64,000 bases of DNA. Origin: Octopus vulgaris (lineage: Eukaryota). Under the pieces are notes generated by a model. It worked only from the letters and a program-made list of their open reading frames with translations. It had not been told where the DNA came from and did not search any database. Location of the stretch: contig OX597836.1 in assembly GCA_951406725.2 (NCBI GenBank), positions 20,336,001-20,400,000 on the forward strand. The letters run 5' to 3'. Both the position numbers and the translations under genes were made by a program. Shown piece after piece: positions 11,735-24,498 of this stretch (position 1 is the first letter of the stretch; each line of letters starts with the position of its first letter).

Positions 11735-11958
11735 GAAAATATTTTGGACTAACCACGACCATTTTCCTCAGATTGAAAGTTGTGACCTGGATGGACATAA
11801 TCGTAAAGTTTTGGTTTACAAGAATATTAAGCGTCCTTCGGGTCTGGCTTTAGACATTCCTAACCGCCGACTCTACTGGGCTGACATAGCAACTAAGACA
11901 ATCGGTACCGTGGACATTGATGGCAATGATCAACAGCAAGTTGCAAAATTCATTCAAG
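11735..11958 (+). CDS. LRP1: LRP1-like exon 9: YWTD repeats (FWTN, YWAD)
   Basis: tag|G...CAA G|gtaaaa; KIFWTNHDHFPQIESCDLDGHNRKVLV...PSGLALDIPNRRLYWADIATKTIGTVDIDGND. Confidence 0.95.
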
Positions 11959-12937
11959 GTAAAAAGACAGCTTTTTTGGGGTGGGGTGTATTATCCTGTC
12001 TTTATTTTATGTTATTAAATTGGTGTTTGGGACAGAAATGAACTTTGTTTTAGAAATGATTAAATAAGATTACTTTAAAATAAAAGGTTTTTGCATCCCA
12101 GAAATCCCAGGTGGTTGTCTCAAATGGATTGGTATCAAAAAAAGTTAAATAAAAAATAAAACAATATGGTTTGTAAAAGTAACTATGGTTTACATAGGCA
12201 TAAATTTAATAAAGTTTGCAACTCTATGTTGTGTGCTTATAGCACAAGTAGGGTTTGGCTCAATGTATTCCTAAACCCTTTAAACTTCTCTCGGGTCAAG
12301 ATGTATTATGACTCACTTCTTTTATATTACATTTTGTAAACAATTTAGTCATCATTATTTTAACAGATTTCCAGTGAATCTCCAACTGGTTCACTGCATT
12401 TAAAATGATTAAAAATAACATTGGTACCAATCCAGTAGAATAATTACTATCAGGTATTTTTGTTCAAAAGTACCAGTTTTGTCATCATCACTGAAATCTC
12501 AGAAGGTCTCCAAATGCCATGTGCATTATCCATTCTTCCAAACCCAGCAAGAAAAAAAAAAGTTGCAGTCTTGTACATTTACTTACTGATTCATTCATCC
12601 TTATTATGACAAGTAGAGTGAAGAATATATTTCGCTAATGAGGTCAGAACAAGTTTGAAACATTTACAGTTAGTGATATCTGTTTGCCAGGAAATTAAAA
12701 ACATTTAACAGCTTATCAAATATTTTGGGTTTAATTTTCACTTCATGTTATTTTAAATTAAGTTTTGTTTTGTTTGTATTAATGCTTCAAGAGAAATATA
12801 ACTTTTGTTGCTGCTAGTTATGCAAGGACTTACTCGTACCATATATACAAACAATTTGGTTAGCCAAGTTTGACTCCTACGACGTACTTCAAAAGTTTTT
12901 TGCCTGGATTTTAATTTATGTTGTGTGTGTGTGTGTG

Positions 12938-12972
<35 letters not shown>

Positions 12973-13155
12973 TTAAATTAAATTAGAGATAAAACCATTA
13001 TTAGGCAAATCAAACAGTGAAAAACATAAACCAAAACATAAAAATAAAAATAATTAATATATATGTGTGTGTGTGTGTGTGTGTGCATGCGTGTATGATC
13101 CTTACATACTTATACATATATACATATGTGTAAAAATATGATCTTTTAATTCCAG

Positions 13156-13335
13156 TTGCTGGTGGACCTTACAAACTTGATGTCTTTGAAAATCACATTT
13201 ATGTTGTGATGAGTCAGAATCTAAACGTCATAAAAATGGACAAGTTTTCAACAGGCAACCCAAAGACTGTTCTACGTAAAGACATGATGTTTATTGGAGA
13301 TATCAAAGTTGTCCAACAATTCAAGCAAAGAGTTG
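13156..13335 (+). CDS. LRP1: LRP1-like exon 10: last propeller blade
   Basis: ccag|TT...GTT G|gtgagt; AGGPYKLDVFENHIYVV...MDKF...DIKVVQQFKQ (typical PxxLDVFExxIY ... HxxKQ-like end). Confidence 0.92.
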
Positions 13336-14034
13336 GTGAGTTCTAGTTGTTATTGGTGTTGTTATTGATGTTCTTGTTGTTGCTGTTGTTTAGCCCTAGG
13401 TCAGGGTTGATTGATGCAAACCCATGACCAAATCCATTTCAGTTGTCACATCACCAATACTTCATATTGTTCTAAGACCATAGCAAAATTTTTCCCAAGA
13501 ATGTTTTCTGCAGGAAGAACATATAGTTAAGTGCTGGTTACCAGGTTAAGTTTGGTAACCTGCACATAACTTATAAAATCTGCATCAACGTATCTTGTCT
13601 GACCCATCCAACCATAGAAAAGGAAATCAATCAGTGTGGTATGGTACCTGGTTACGCTAGCAGACTCACTCACAAGTGATAACTGATCCTTGTTAATAAT
13701 CTGAAGTAGACTGATAATGGAATTAATTTGTAATTTAAACGAGTCTACTCTGAACCAATGGCCAAAACTTATTCAGGTTTCTGAGGTGTTTTGAGGCAAC
13801 CGGAAATTTAAGATTCCTCTCCAGGTATGACACCAATCCATTGCAGGGTTCAACATCTCCCCGTCTACCACTGCTATTCATTTTCTGCTGTGTGGACTGC
13901 AGCAATAAAGGGACATGAAATGTCTTACTCAAGGACATGGTGTGTAACCTAATCCAAGAATTGAACCAAGGATCTGATGATTCATGAGCTCAGCACCCTA
14001 ACCACAAGGTTGAGTGCCTTCACTTGTAATCTAT

Positions 14035-14435
14035 TACTACTACTACTACTAATAATAATAATAATAATTAATAATAATAATCATGGACTAAATAATAATA
14101 ATCACTTGTAATTTACTACTACTACTAATAATAATAATTAATAATAATAATTAATAATAATAATTAATAATAATTAAAATAATAATAATAATAATAATAA
14201 TAATAATTAATAATAATAATTAATAATAATTAAAATAATAATAATAATTAATAATAATTAAAATAATAATAATAATTAATAATAATAATCATGGACTAAA
14301 TAATAATAATCACTTGTAATTTACTACTACTACTAATAATAATAATAATAATAATAATTAATAATAATAATAAATAATAATTATTAATATAAATAATAAA
14401 TAATAATAAATAATAATAATAAATAATAATAATCA
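14035..14435. repeat. (AAT)n/(ACT)n compound microsatellite with higher-order duplication
   Basis: Unit AATCATGGACTAAATAATAATAATCACTTGTAATTTACTACT recurs near 14079 and 14287. Confidence 0.9.
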
Positions 14436-15240
14436 TGGATTCTCCTGTCGAAGATGACGTATGAGTGTTCAGCTCTTGCCAAACGACCTGCCCAAATGAT
14501 TTGTTTACAGTAATCAAATGTATGTGTTGTTCATTAGCTCACTCCTTCCATCAAATTGACGGTGCCCAAACAGGTGCATGGTGTCAGGTGTCAAAAGTGA
14601 TCGCAGAGCAACGAGAAATGAAGTGTTTTGCCCAAAAGCACAATGCACCAACCAGTCTAGGAAATGAAACGGTGATCTCGCAATCACGTGTGCCACACCC
14701 TAACTACCAGGCCATGCGTTCTCATAATAATAATAATCCTTTTTACTAAAGGTACAAGGCCTGAAATTTGTGGGGAGGAGTAAATCAAATACATTGACCC
14801 CAGTACTCAACTGGTACTTATTCTATCCACCCCGAAAGGATGAAAGGCAAAGTTAACCATGACAGAATTTGAACTCAGAATATGAAGACAGACAAAATAC
14901 TGCTAAGCATTTCATCCAGTGTGCTTACAATTCTCCTAGTTTGCTGCCTTCAATAATAATAATAATCATCATCATCATCATCGTTTAGTGTCCGCTTTCC
15001 ATGCTAGCATGGGTTGGACAGTTCAACTGGGGTCTGGGAAGCCAGAAGGCTGCACTAGGCCCAGTCTGATCTGGCAGTGTTTCTACAGCTGGATGCCCTT
15101 CCTAACGCCAAATAATGATAATAATAATTAAAAAATTATAGAGACTTGTTTCTAAATTTGTTCTTGTTTGTTTTATTTTTGTTTTTCCCATTCGTTAATC
15201 AAATCTTAATTATGATTTTTTTTCTTTAATTTGGTTTTAG

Positions 15241-15436
15241 TGAAATCCAAATGCAAGAAAAACACTTGTAAAAAATACGAAATGTGTGTCACAAATCCCG
15301 ATCAGTCGACAGCTTGCATCTGTGCCGATTCGCATCTATCAAGGAATGGAATCTGTTTCCGAAAGCCCATCTCGAGCTGTATGTTTGATGCCGATTGCTT
15401 TAATAATGGAACGTGTGATGAGAATTTCAAATGTAT
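15241..15436 (+). CDS. LRP1: LRP1-like exon 11: EGF-like domains
   Basis: tag|TG...TGT AT|gtaagt; KSKCKKNTCKKYEMCVTNPDQSTACICADSHLSRNGICFRKPISSCMFDADCFNNGTCDENFKC. Confidence 0.92.
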
Positions 15437-16459
15437 GTAAGTAGGATCATACAAATTTTTCACCTGACTGATCATCATCATCATCATCATTTAGCGTCCG
15501 TTTTTCATGCTAGCATGGGTTGGACGGTTTAACTGGGGTCTGTGAAGCTGGAAGGCTTCATCAGGCCCAGTCAGATTTGGCAGTGTTTCTACGGCTGGAT
15601 GCCCTTCCTAACGCCAACCACTCCGCGAGTGTAGTGGGTGTTTTTTACGTGCCACCTGCACAGGTGCCAGACAGAGCTGGCTTGTGTCACTGGCACGGGG
15701 CCAGGCGATGCTGGCAACGGACACGAACGGATGGTGCTTTTACGTGCCACTGGAAAATCTTGCAGTTTATACATTGTCTTTTTTATTGCTTTTGTAGTTT
15801 TTTTTTTTGTTTTCAAGTAATGGGCTGCAAGGGACTTTAGTCATGTGATTATTAACCCCTATTCAGTTTGATCCTTTTTTTATGTGTTCTCTGTGTATTG
15901 AAATGCACTGGTATTGATATAATGGAACACAACTGGACATGCTGGTTTTCACTGGAAAACATAAACACAAGCACACACACACAACTGGTTTCTAGCACTG
16001 CTGCAGAAGACATTTGTCCAAAGTGTCACACTGTTGAATCAAATCTGGAACCAAATGGTTAGTCCTGTTATATACAGTACATTTATAGACAGAAGAATGA
16101 GAATTGACCAGACAGACTGGTTTCCATCCTGTGTTGGGATTTTGTCACTGGTTAAGTACACCCTTTGACTCTCCACAGAGACAGCTTTTCAACCCATTAC
16201 TGCTAAGAAATTATATAAATCGAATAGACTAATTTGCACTTGGACACAAGCCTTGGGCTTGATCAACTTTAGTTGGCTCACCAAGACAAAAATGGGCATT
16301 AACAAAAGCCAAAACCACTCAGTGATTCCAGGATACAACATTGATGGTGTGTCCAAGAATTGCATCCTTCAGCTGTATAAAGAATTATTTTTCGTTTTTA
16401 TAATTACATCCAAACTGTGTGGAATTTCATTTAAATTTTTGCATTACTTTCTTCCCCAG

Positions 16460-16570
16460 ATGTAATCCCTCATACAATGGGAGCCACTGTCAGAATTATC
16501 GCTGCCAAAATGTCTGTTATAATGGTAAATGTATTGACCCAATGAGCAGTAATGAAGAACCGACTTGCAG
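16460..16570 (+). CDS. LRP1: LRP1-like exon 12: EGF
   Basis: cag|A...TGC AG|gtaaca; CNPSYNGSHCQNYRCQNVCYNGKCIDPMSSNEEPTC; phase 2-2. Confidence 0.92.
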
Positions 16571-18016
16571 GTAACACCTTTGTTTTCACACACACACACA
16601 CACATAAAATCTCTCTCCCTCTCTCCTATTTGTTAGTCTCTCTCTCTCTCTCTCTCTCTCTCATCAGAGCTGTAGCAAGACTGCAGCTACCAGCTCAAAA
16701 ACTGTCCAAGAAACACTGTATGACATAATGGTGCCTCTGCAGCTCCGTCTAGTGAGACATGGTCAGCAGACCTGTTAGAAATAGCAACCAAATCTCATAA
16801 ATGTAAAAGGTCATAATTGTCCACTTTGCGATTTAGTGTTCTCATTAAGTGGGGTTCTGACACATGAAGGTCTACAATCAATGATGTGACAGCATGACCA
16901 ACTGCCCTCTTTTGTATATCAGATGAATTATTTCCCATTTTAAAGACAATAGGTGTGATTAGAGGGAAATTTGGTTGCTATTTCTAACAGGTTTCCTGAC
17001 CAGTGTTTTACTTCTGCTTTTCTATGCTGGCATGGGTTGGATGGGTGGTTTTTTTTATCTGAAGCAGTGGTTTACAGCCAGATATCCTTCCTGTTGCCAA
17101 CTGTTTTAGTCTCTCCTTAGGGCATGCTGGGACATGGCATGTCTCTGTATTTCTTCTCACTCTGGAATGTACATTCAATATGAATGAGTATATTTCTACA
17201 TTCATAACACTCGTTGATCTTCTTTAGCCCCAGATCAGCTCTGATTTAGCAGACCTATAATCAAAGATATTCCAGCCATGACCATCCCACATTATACTTT
17301 TTCAACATCCAGCATCACCTTCTGTTATTTTAACAGATGAAGGAAACTTTGATGTTATTTCTATCAAGTTGCATGATCATGTTAGAAGCTTCTTCATCAT
17401 CATCATCATGATTTAACGTCCACATTCCATGCTGGCCATGGGCTGGACAGTTTGACAGGAACTGATGGGTCCAAGAACTGCATCATGCCCCAATGTCTAC
17501 TTCAACATGGTTTCTGTAATTGGATGTATTTCCTAATGCCAACCACTTTACAGAATCTAATGGGTGCTTTTCCCTTGCTACCAGGATTATTGTGGTCGCC
17601 ATGTAGCTTGCAAGACTACAACCCCTAAAAGGTAGGGAGTCATTTTTATGTTAGGAGATGAGGAGTTAGGCTATGAGTGTGTGGGGCAGAGCAAGCTCTT
17701 TCAGAAGAACAGCTTCTTTACATTTATTATAGGAGAGAGCAAATGAAGGGACGTAGTTGATGTTTTTTTTCATTAGCTTGACTCTTATTAATATTTAACT
17801 CTTTAGCATTCAATCTGACCATATTCAGTCCAAATATTCAACTGATCAGATCCCACCTCTCACACCTATCCTACAATGTCATTCTAAAAATATACAAACA
17901 TACTGTTGAAATCTTGAAGTGACAAGATAAATTCAAAACAATGTGAATAAATAAGCAATACATATGAGGAAGAAATCTGAATGCTAAAGGAATGATTGAA
18001 TCTTTTATATTACCAG

Positions 18017-18121
18017 CTGTCTGCCTGGGTACTCTGGGGCCCGCTGTGAACACTACATTTGCACAAATTATTGCCTCAATGGTGGTACTTGTATTCCCGA
18101 CAATAATGAAAGAAAATGCAA
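18017..18121 (+). CDS. LRP1: LRP1-like exon 13: EGF
   Basis: cag|C...TGC AA|gtaagt; [34 protein letters not shown]. Confidence 0.93.
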
Positions 18122-19254
18122 GTAAGTACTTTAAATTTTTATTTTTTCATTTCTATAACCGTTTTCAGTCTTTTGGGATGACGACCAAGCTGTAGCACTG
18201 TTTTGATTATTATTGAATCCCAGTCCTTATATTCGTTAATTTCTATTTATCAACTGGTTAAGTCCACCTTGGCATAAATGTGATGCGATTCAAACTAAAT
18301 ACCACAAGGTGTATTTTCATTTCTGAATGCTCTAATTTAACAACTTTGCTGATTTTTTTTTGTGGTTTTACTTCCATTTTTCCATACAAGCATGGGTTAG
18401 GTGAATATATAAATATATATCTATATAAATAAAATTCTGTCTGTCTATCTGGGAACCATGTATCTCAGTCTATATTTGCTCTACAAAGACTTGTACTTTT
18501 TTTGGAATCAGGATGATCCCAGGATTCATTTGGTTCTTGAACATCCAGCATTGGGATCTTATGTAAGAGCATTTGGGCTGCTATTTCTAGCAGGTAAAAC
18601 AACTGTGAGAGGTTTCAAATCATTTACAAGAGTTACCTCCCTTAGCTATAATAATAATAATAAACAACATTGTCAAAAAACTAATCAAAATTTTTTGAAT
18701 TTAATACCAAAATCTTGTGACAGTTACCTCCGTTACCTACAATAATAAATGCAACAGTCTGTCTGTCAACCAAGAATGTTATTCATCCTGCTGCTTTACA
18801 GTGATCTTCAAATATCACAGTGATACAAAATTCTCCAAATGTGATATTCTGTCTCTGTGATATAAATCTGAGATGATAGGAGGATACCAATAAATGTTTT
18901 ATTATTGTACTTTTCAATTTTGGGCCTAATTTATTTTTATAACTGTTTTCTGTCTTTTGGGGTGACGACCAATTAGCCCTCCACAGGCACTAGCTTAAAA
19001 GCCCACACAGGGTGCAACTTTTAAGCTAGTGTATATATATATATATATATATAGGGAGAGTTTACGAAAAAAACAAAAGACGAAGACAGGTGGTGTACAA
19101 AACAAACAGATGTATTAGTATAGCGCTCAGGAATAGAAAAAGTCTTTTACGTTTCGAGCCTACGCTCTTCTACAGAAAGGGACACAGAAAAAACAAGGAG
19201 AGTAAAAAATGTGTGTAGTGGCTAACAATCTATCATGGCGACTGACACACATAT

Positions 19255-19289
<35 letters not shown>

Positions 19290-19468
19290 CGAGATTATAT
19301 GGTTGTGTATAGAAGAATATATTAATTAATGAAATTTTAGTTTGATTTTCACATTTTATTATTTACAATTTTTACAATTTTACAGTATTATAATAATAGA
19401 ATATTATATATTTATTGTGATAAAACTAGGTCTTTCGTGTGTTACACAATTATCAGGTTTATACAGTA

Positions 19469-19852
19469 CTAGCAGTATCGCCCGGCGTTGCTCAGGTTTG
19501 TAAGGGAAATAACTATAAAGCATTTTTAGAGAGTTATAGCCAAAAAATAGCAAAAAAATGGGAAAAAAATGATGGTAAATTTTTTTGAGAGTTAAAAAAG
19601 GTGGAGTTGCGTCCCCTAGACGGTCTGTGGTTTGGGTTTCTGATTCTCGACCCCATGTTGAATTTATCGATTTTTTTCAGAACTGGGGGAACTTTTCAAA
19701 ATTTTCGCTGTGTTAGTTTTGAATTATGACATTGGGCTATGTGTGTGTCAAGTTTCATCAGAATCGGTTGAAAGCCGTGGTCAGAGTAAGGGTACAACCT
19801 AACAGACACACAGAAACACACACAGACAAACTGCCGTTTATATAGAGAGAGA
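19469..19852 (-). mobile_element. Non-autonomous Helitron
   Basis: Minus strand begins A|TC, ends with imperfect GC hairpin CCTGAGCAACGCCGGG then CTAG|T; inserted at an AT dinucleotide with no TSD; subterminal (ACAG/AC)n. Confidence 0.8.
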
Positions 19853-20021
19853 TTAGTAGTGACAGTCATGTTCTACAATTGACAACTGTGGAACAGTGAT
19901 GCAGGACAAACACAGGCACAAAGACAAAGACACACTCATATACAATGGCCTTCTTTCAGTTTCCATCTACCAAATCCACTCACAAAGCTTTAGATGGTTC
20001 AAGGCTATAGCAGAAGACACT

Positions 20022-20256
20022 TACCTATTTCTTTATTACCCACACGGGGCTAAACATAGAGGGGACAAACAAGGACAGACATAGGTATTAAGTCGATTAC
20101 ATCGACCCCAGTGCGTAACTGGTACTTAATCTATTGACCCCGAAAGGATGAAAGGCAAAGTTGACCTCGGCGGAATTTGAACTCAGAACGTAACGCCAGA
20201 CGAAATACGGCTACGCATTTCGCCCGGCGTGCTAACGATTCTGCCAACTCGCCGCC
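20022..20256 (-). mobile_element. tRNA-derived SINE family B (Meta-domain-like core) nested in a family-A copy
   Basis: Flanked by direct repeat AGCAGAAGACACTTACC; core GCCTTTCATCCTTTCGGGGTC-ATA-ATTAAGTACCAG. Confidence 0.88.
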
Positions 20257-20455
20257 AGCAGAAGACACTTACCCACGGTGTAGTGGGACTGAACCTGGAA
20301 CCATGTGGTATATGGTCGGGAAGCGAGCTTCTTATCACACAGCGACACCTGCACCTATATAAAAAAAATTATTCAAAAAAGAAAAAACTTTGTACCTTTG
20401 CACCCTTTTTTTCCCCTCTTATTGACACATTCCATGTTCATCATTTCACTTTCAG

Positions 20456-20595
20456 CTGTCATCCTGACTATAACGGCAGCCGATGTGAGAACTTACGCAA
20501 CAACGACTGGTGTACCAAGTATTGTTTAAATAAAGGTGCCTGTGAAAAGGATAGATTTAATAATACTGTTTGTCGATGTCAAGAAGGATTTACAG
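20456..20595 (+). CDS. LRP1: LRP1-like exon 14: EGF
   Basis: cag|C...ACA G|gtaact; CHPDYNGSRCENLRNNDWCTKYCLNKGACEKDRFNNTVCRCQEGFT. Confidence 0.93.
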
Positions 20596-20815
20596 GTAAC
20601 TTGCTCCTACTTCTCTCTCTCTCTCCATATTGTTATAAAATGTGAGTCTGGTGGTGAGGGAGGTAAACCTTTTGATATTTGTATTTTAATTCTTTAACCT
20701 TTTAATCAGCCATATTTGGCTCAATTATTCTTCCTGTTTTATGTCCAAACCAGCCAAATCCGGACTCTCAGATTTACCCTACAGTATCATTCTAAAAATA
20801 TACAGTCCCATCATT

Positions 20816-21238
20816 AAAAGGCACCATTCGAGCATGATCGTTACCAGCGTCACCTTTCTGGCACTCGAGCTCTGTGCTAGTAGGGTATAAAGAGCACCAT
20901 CCGAGCGTGATCGTTGCCAGAGCGGCTATCTGGCCTCCGTGCCGGTGGCACGTAAAAGACACCATTCGAGTGTGATCGTTACCAGCATTGCCTTACTGGC
21001 ACCTGTGCCAGTGGCAGGTGTAAAAGATACGAGCGAGGGCATTGCCAGTACCGCTTGACTGGCACGTAAAAGCACCCACTACACTCTCAGAGTGGTTGGT
21101 GTTAGGAAGGGCATCCAGCTGTAGAAACTCTGCCAGATCAAGATTGAAGCCTGGTGCAGCCATCTGGTTTGCCAGCCCCCAGTCATTCGTCCAACCCATG
21201 CTAGCATGGAAAGCGGATGTTAAACGATGATGATGATG
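20816..21238 (+). mobile_element. RTE-LINE 3'UTR copy with internal tandem sub-repeats, inserted in a MITE
   Basis: Three GCACCATTCGAGCGTGATCGTTACCAG-like units, then GGAAGGGCATCCAGC and a (GAT)n tail. Confidence 0.8.
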
Positions 21239-21381
21239 AGATAATGCATGATTAATTCAAAGCAATATGAGTAAATAAGAAGTACATTTGATAGACTAAC
21301 CTGAATGCTAAAGGGTTGAAACTTTGAACAATATTTTTAGGAGGCACAAATAATCTGTTGTTGAAAAATTTTTTTCCTTAG

Positions 21382-21618
21382 GCCATCGCTGTGAACAGTG
21401 CGAGTCCATCCACTGCCAACCTCTTGAAACATGTGAAAAAGACTCGAATGGTAAATTCACTTGTGTAGAAGCAATAGACAAACCTTTACGTGAAGACTGC
21501 AATAAGCGCTGTCCAAATGCTATTGCCTGTTCTGTTGTCCATAAGAAGCTGATTTGCCACTGTCCAAATGGGCCCTGTAAACAGTTACCCTGTAACAAAA
21601 TTACTTGCCCAAGCAAAG
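21382..21618 (+). CDS. LRP1: LRP1-like exon 15: atypical Cys-rich/EGF-like modules
   Basis: tag|GC...AAA G|gtaaaa; HRCEQCESIHCQPLETCEKDSNGKFTCVEAIDKPLREDCNKRCPNAIACSVVHKKLICHCPNGPCKQLPCNKITCPSK; open frame, phase 1-1. Confidence 0.9.
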
Positions 21619-21759
21619 GTAAAAGTTATTTTTATTTTATTTGAAAAATTTTTTGATGGGAGTTTTTTTTTTTTTTTTAAATTATTCTTCTTGTATAAAA
21701 TGGTTAGTTTACTGAACTGACTGACTGAGTGTGTGTGTGTGGGTGGCTAGTCCACATTA

Positions 21760-21975
21760 TTCTGTAAGGTGCATAAGGCCAGTTTGCCAGTTTCTCTGAT
21801 GTATATAGTCCTCCCTGGATGGAACTCTGGTCTGTTGCAGGATTATTCATTTTTACCAGCAGAATGGAATGGAGCAACGTGAAATGAAATGTTTTGCTCC
21901 AGAACACAATGCACTGCCCAGTCCAGGAATCAAAACCACAATCTTACGATTATGAGTCCAACACCCCAAACCATG
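21760..21975 (-). mobile_element. tRNA-derived CORE-like SINE family C (representative; further decayed copies near 4600, 6950, 13900, 14600, 22550, 40650, 51300, 63700)
   Basis: Recurrent GGAGCAACGTGAAATGAAGTGTTTTGCTCAAGAACACAA...GGAATCGAA...CACCCTAACCACTA is the reverse complement of a tRNA-like head plus CORE-like segment. Confidence 0.7.
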
Positions 21976-23401
21976 TGTGTGTGTGTGTATAATATACAGT
22001 TTTCGTTGTAGAATTTTTGCCTTTTATTTAAGCTTTGCTAGTTTTTGTGAGTCTTTTCAATTAATATTGTACTCATATATAATTGTACAAATATAAACTT
22101 TAGCAGCATGTTTTGAGTAAATGATGCAGTGAAGGTAACAGACATAGGATTTAGTTTCAGCTTCATATACATGCACATGTACACACATGAAAACAGTGAC
22201 ACATATACACTCATATACAAATCTTTGTTTAATGTCCACTTTTCCTAGTTGGTTGGAGAAGTGCTTATATGTAACAATGGGTGGAGCAACTACATTTTGA
22301 AACTTCACAAATGATAAATATTCAGTTTTATACTTAATTTACTTGTGACAAATTGTATGGAAAGGGTTTAATTGAATATAATAAACATTCTTCTTTACTG
22401 ACGCTCCAGTCGATCTAACCAACGAAACAGCCTGTTAATGAAATTAACTTGCAAGTGGTTGAGCACTCTACAGATATGCATACCCTTAACATAGTTCTCA
22501 GGGAGATTTAGATGTGTCATGGTTGACCTCATTTTTCCAGGTGAGCGAACTGGAGCAACACGAAATAAAGTGTCTTGCTCAAAGGATACAATGCACCACC
22601 AGGAATTGAACTCACGACCTTATAATCATGAGCCAAACACCCAAACCACTAAGTCACATGTCTTCAGATTGTTCTTTATCATTTCATAAATAAATATAAT
22701 TCATCTCCTAGTGTAAAGCCACCTCCCTCTCTGCTACATCTTCATTCATTTGAAGGGAATCTTGGTGTTTCATGCTGTGTGGTGACATCGCTAGTGCTGG
22801 TGACACGAAAACAGCATCCAGTATATGCTGTAAACTGGTTGGCATTAGGAAGGGCATCCAGACATAGAAATAATGCCAGATCGGACACTGGAGCACCATG
22901 TAGTCCTTAGAGGATTTGTCAGGTCTTGTCAAACTACATAGTGGGAATTGAACCCAAAATCTAATCTTAGGCAACCATTCAAACGTAGAATTTATAACAA
23001 TATCTCTATCAATGTATTTTCTACTGTAGTTTCAAGTTGATCAATGTCTTGAGACTAGAACTGGATCAGCTGGAATTATGTGGAAGCCCATTGTATATGG
23101 CAAAAATACAGAAAGCACCAGTTTCGTGGGACTTGCCAAACACTTGATTCTGTGTTCCTTAACTGCAAAATCTAACTTAGCAGTTTGATATGTAGAGGGA
23201 TCAGTAAAATACGTATGAAATTGAAGAGAGTTCTGGGTCTTTTGTTTGACATAATTCACTAAAACCCTTGAGGGCAGCACTCCAGTATGGCCACAGTCCA
23301 ATGACTAAAGCCAGTAAAAAGATTCTATAAAAATAATGTTTGGGTTTTCCAAGAATTTGGCAGTTTTATTAATAATGATCTGTTTTTATTTTGTGTTTCA
23401 G

Positions 23402-23518
23402 CTTATTGTGTTGTTGAAAATGGTGAGCCTCGCTGTAAATGTAAACAAGGTTTTACTGGCCCTAACTGCGAACAGTCTTTGTGTAAGGCTTGTTTGAATG
23501 GAGGTCGCTGTGATACAG
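23402..23518 (+). CDS. LRP1: LRP1-like exon 16: EGF
   Basis: cag|CT...ACA G|gtaaga; YCVVENGEPRCKCKQGFTGPNCEQSLCKACLNGGRCDT. Confidence 0.92.
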
Positions 23519-24377
23519 GTAAGACGCTGTGTATGTGAAGACTGTTGTGACACAAGATGTGTCTGACCAGAGATCATTGTGACATAGTTAGATTCAAGGG
23601 ACACTACTGAAACTGCATTAAATCAAAATTGCCACCTGTGTATCATACTAAATGTATATGCGTCTTAGAAAGGCAAGGTGCTGTAAATTTTGTCTGAGAT
23701 AAAATCTCTTCATAGATGAGTTAAAAGCACAATATATCTTAAAGCAAGACAGACATTGCGACAGTGACTCATAGAAACGTGTTCTTTTCTTGATATTAGG
23801 TAGTTGTAAACAAATTTTACTGTCATATAAGCAGTTGTGTCTGTGTGTGTCATGCCATTTTGTGAGCTTTCACAAGTTCACAAGATTTTCATTACAAGAG
23901 TGACAAGGGAGTGAGTATCTGTATAACTCATTCAGAATAAATATAACTTCTTTTTTTTTTTTTTCCTAATGCACCGGTTTAGCAGTTTTCTCACCAATGT
24001 ATACATCTTCAAAAATATACCTGACCATGAGGAAGTATTACCTTGTCTGGAAACAGGTGAGGGTTGGCAACAGGAAGGGCATCCAGTCATAGGAAATTTG
24101 CCTTAATAAGGCTCTGTTTGACTCTTGCAAGTATGGAAAAATGGTAATAAGGAGGAGAATGATTCCTTATTATGTCCTTGGTCAAACCTTTCGATTGCTG
24201 TTGCTGCTCTCCTTTTCACTTTTCATCCTTTGATCTTTTAACGAAAACAAATTGTTGTTGTTTTAGCATTCTTTTTTTTTTTTTTCATTTAGACTTGTTT
24301 TTTGAATTCATTATTTATTGTAATTTTCATGTTAAATTTAATTGACCCTTTTTTTTTTTTTTTTTTGCTGCTGCTAG

Positions 24378-24498
24378 GTTTTAATGGTGTCCCTACATGC
24401 ATTTGTGATGAATACCACACAGGAGCCAGTTGTGAAAGCTGTGTCTGCAAAAACGGTGGTAATTGTACAGTAACCGAGAGAGGAACCATATTATGCAA
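24378..24498 (+). CDS. LRP1: LRP1-like exon 17: EGF
   Basis: tag|GT...TGC AA|gtgagc; FNGVPTCICDEYHTGASCESCVCKNGGNCTVTERGTILC. Confidence 0.92.

Noticed and set aside
20816-21060. Regularly spaced 27-30-bp repeats with variable spacers, superficially CRISPR-like
   Set aside because: Eukaryotic intron, degenerate repeats, spacers related to each other, part of a LINE 3'UTR, no cas genes
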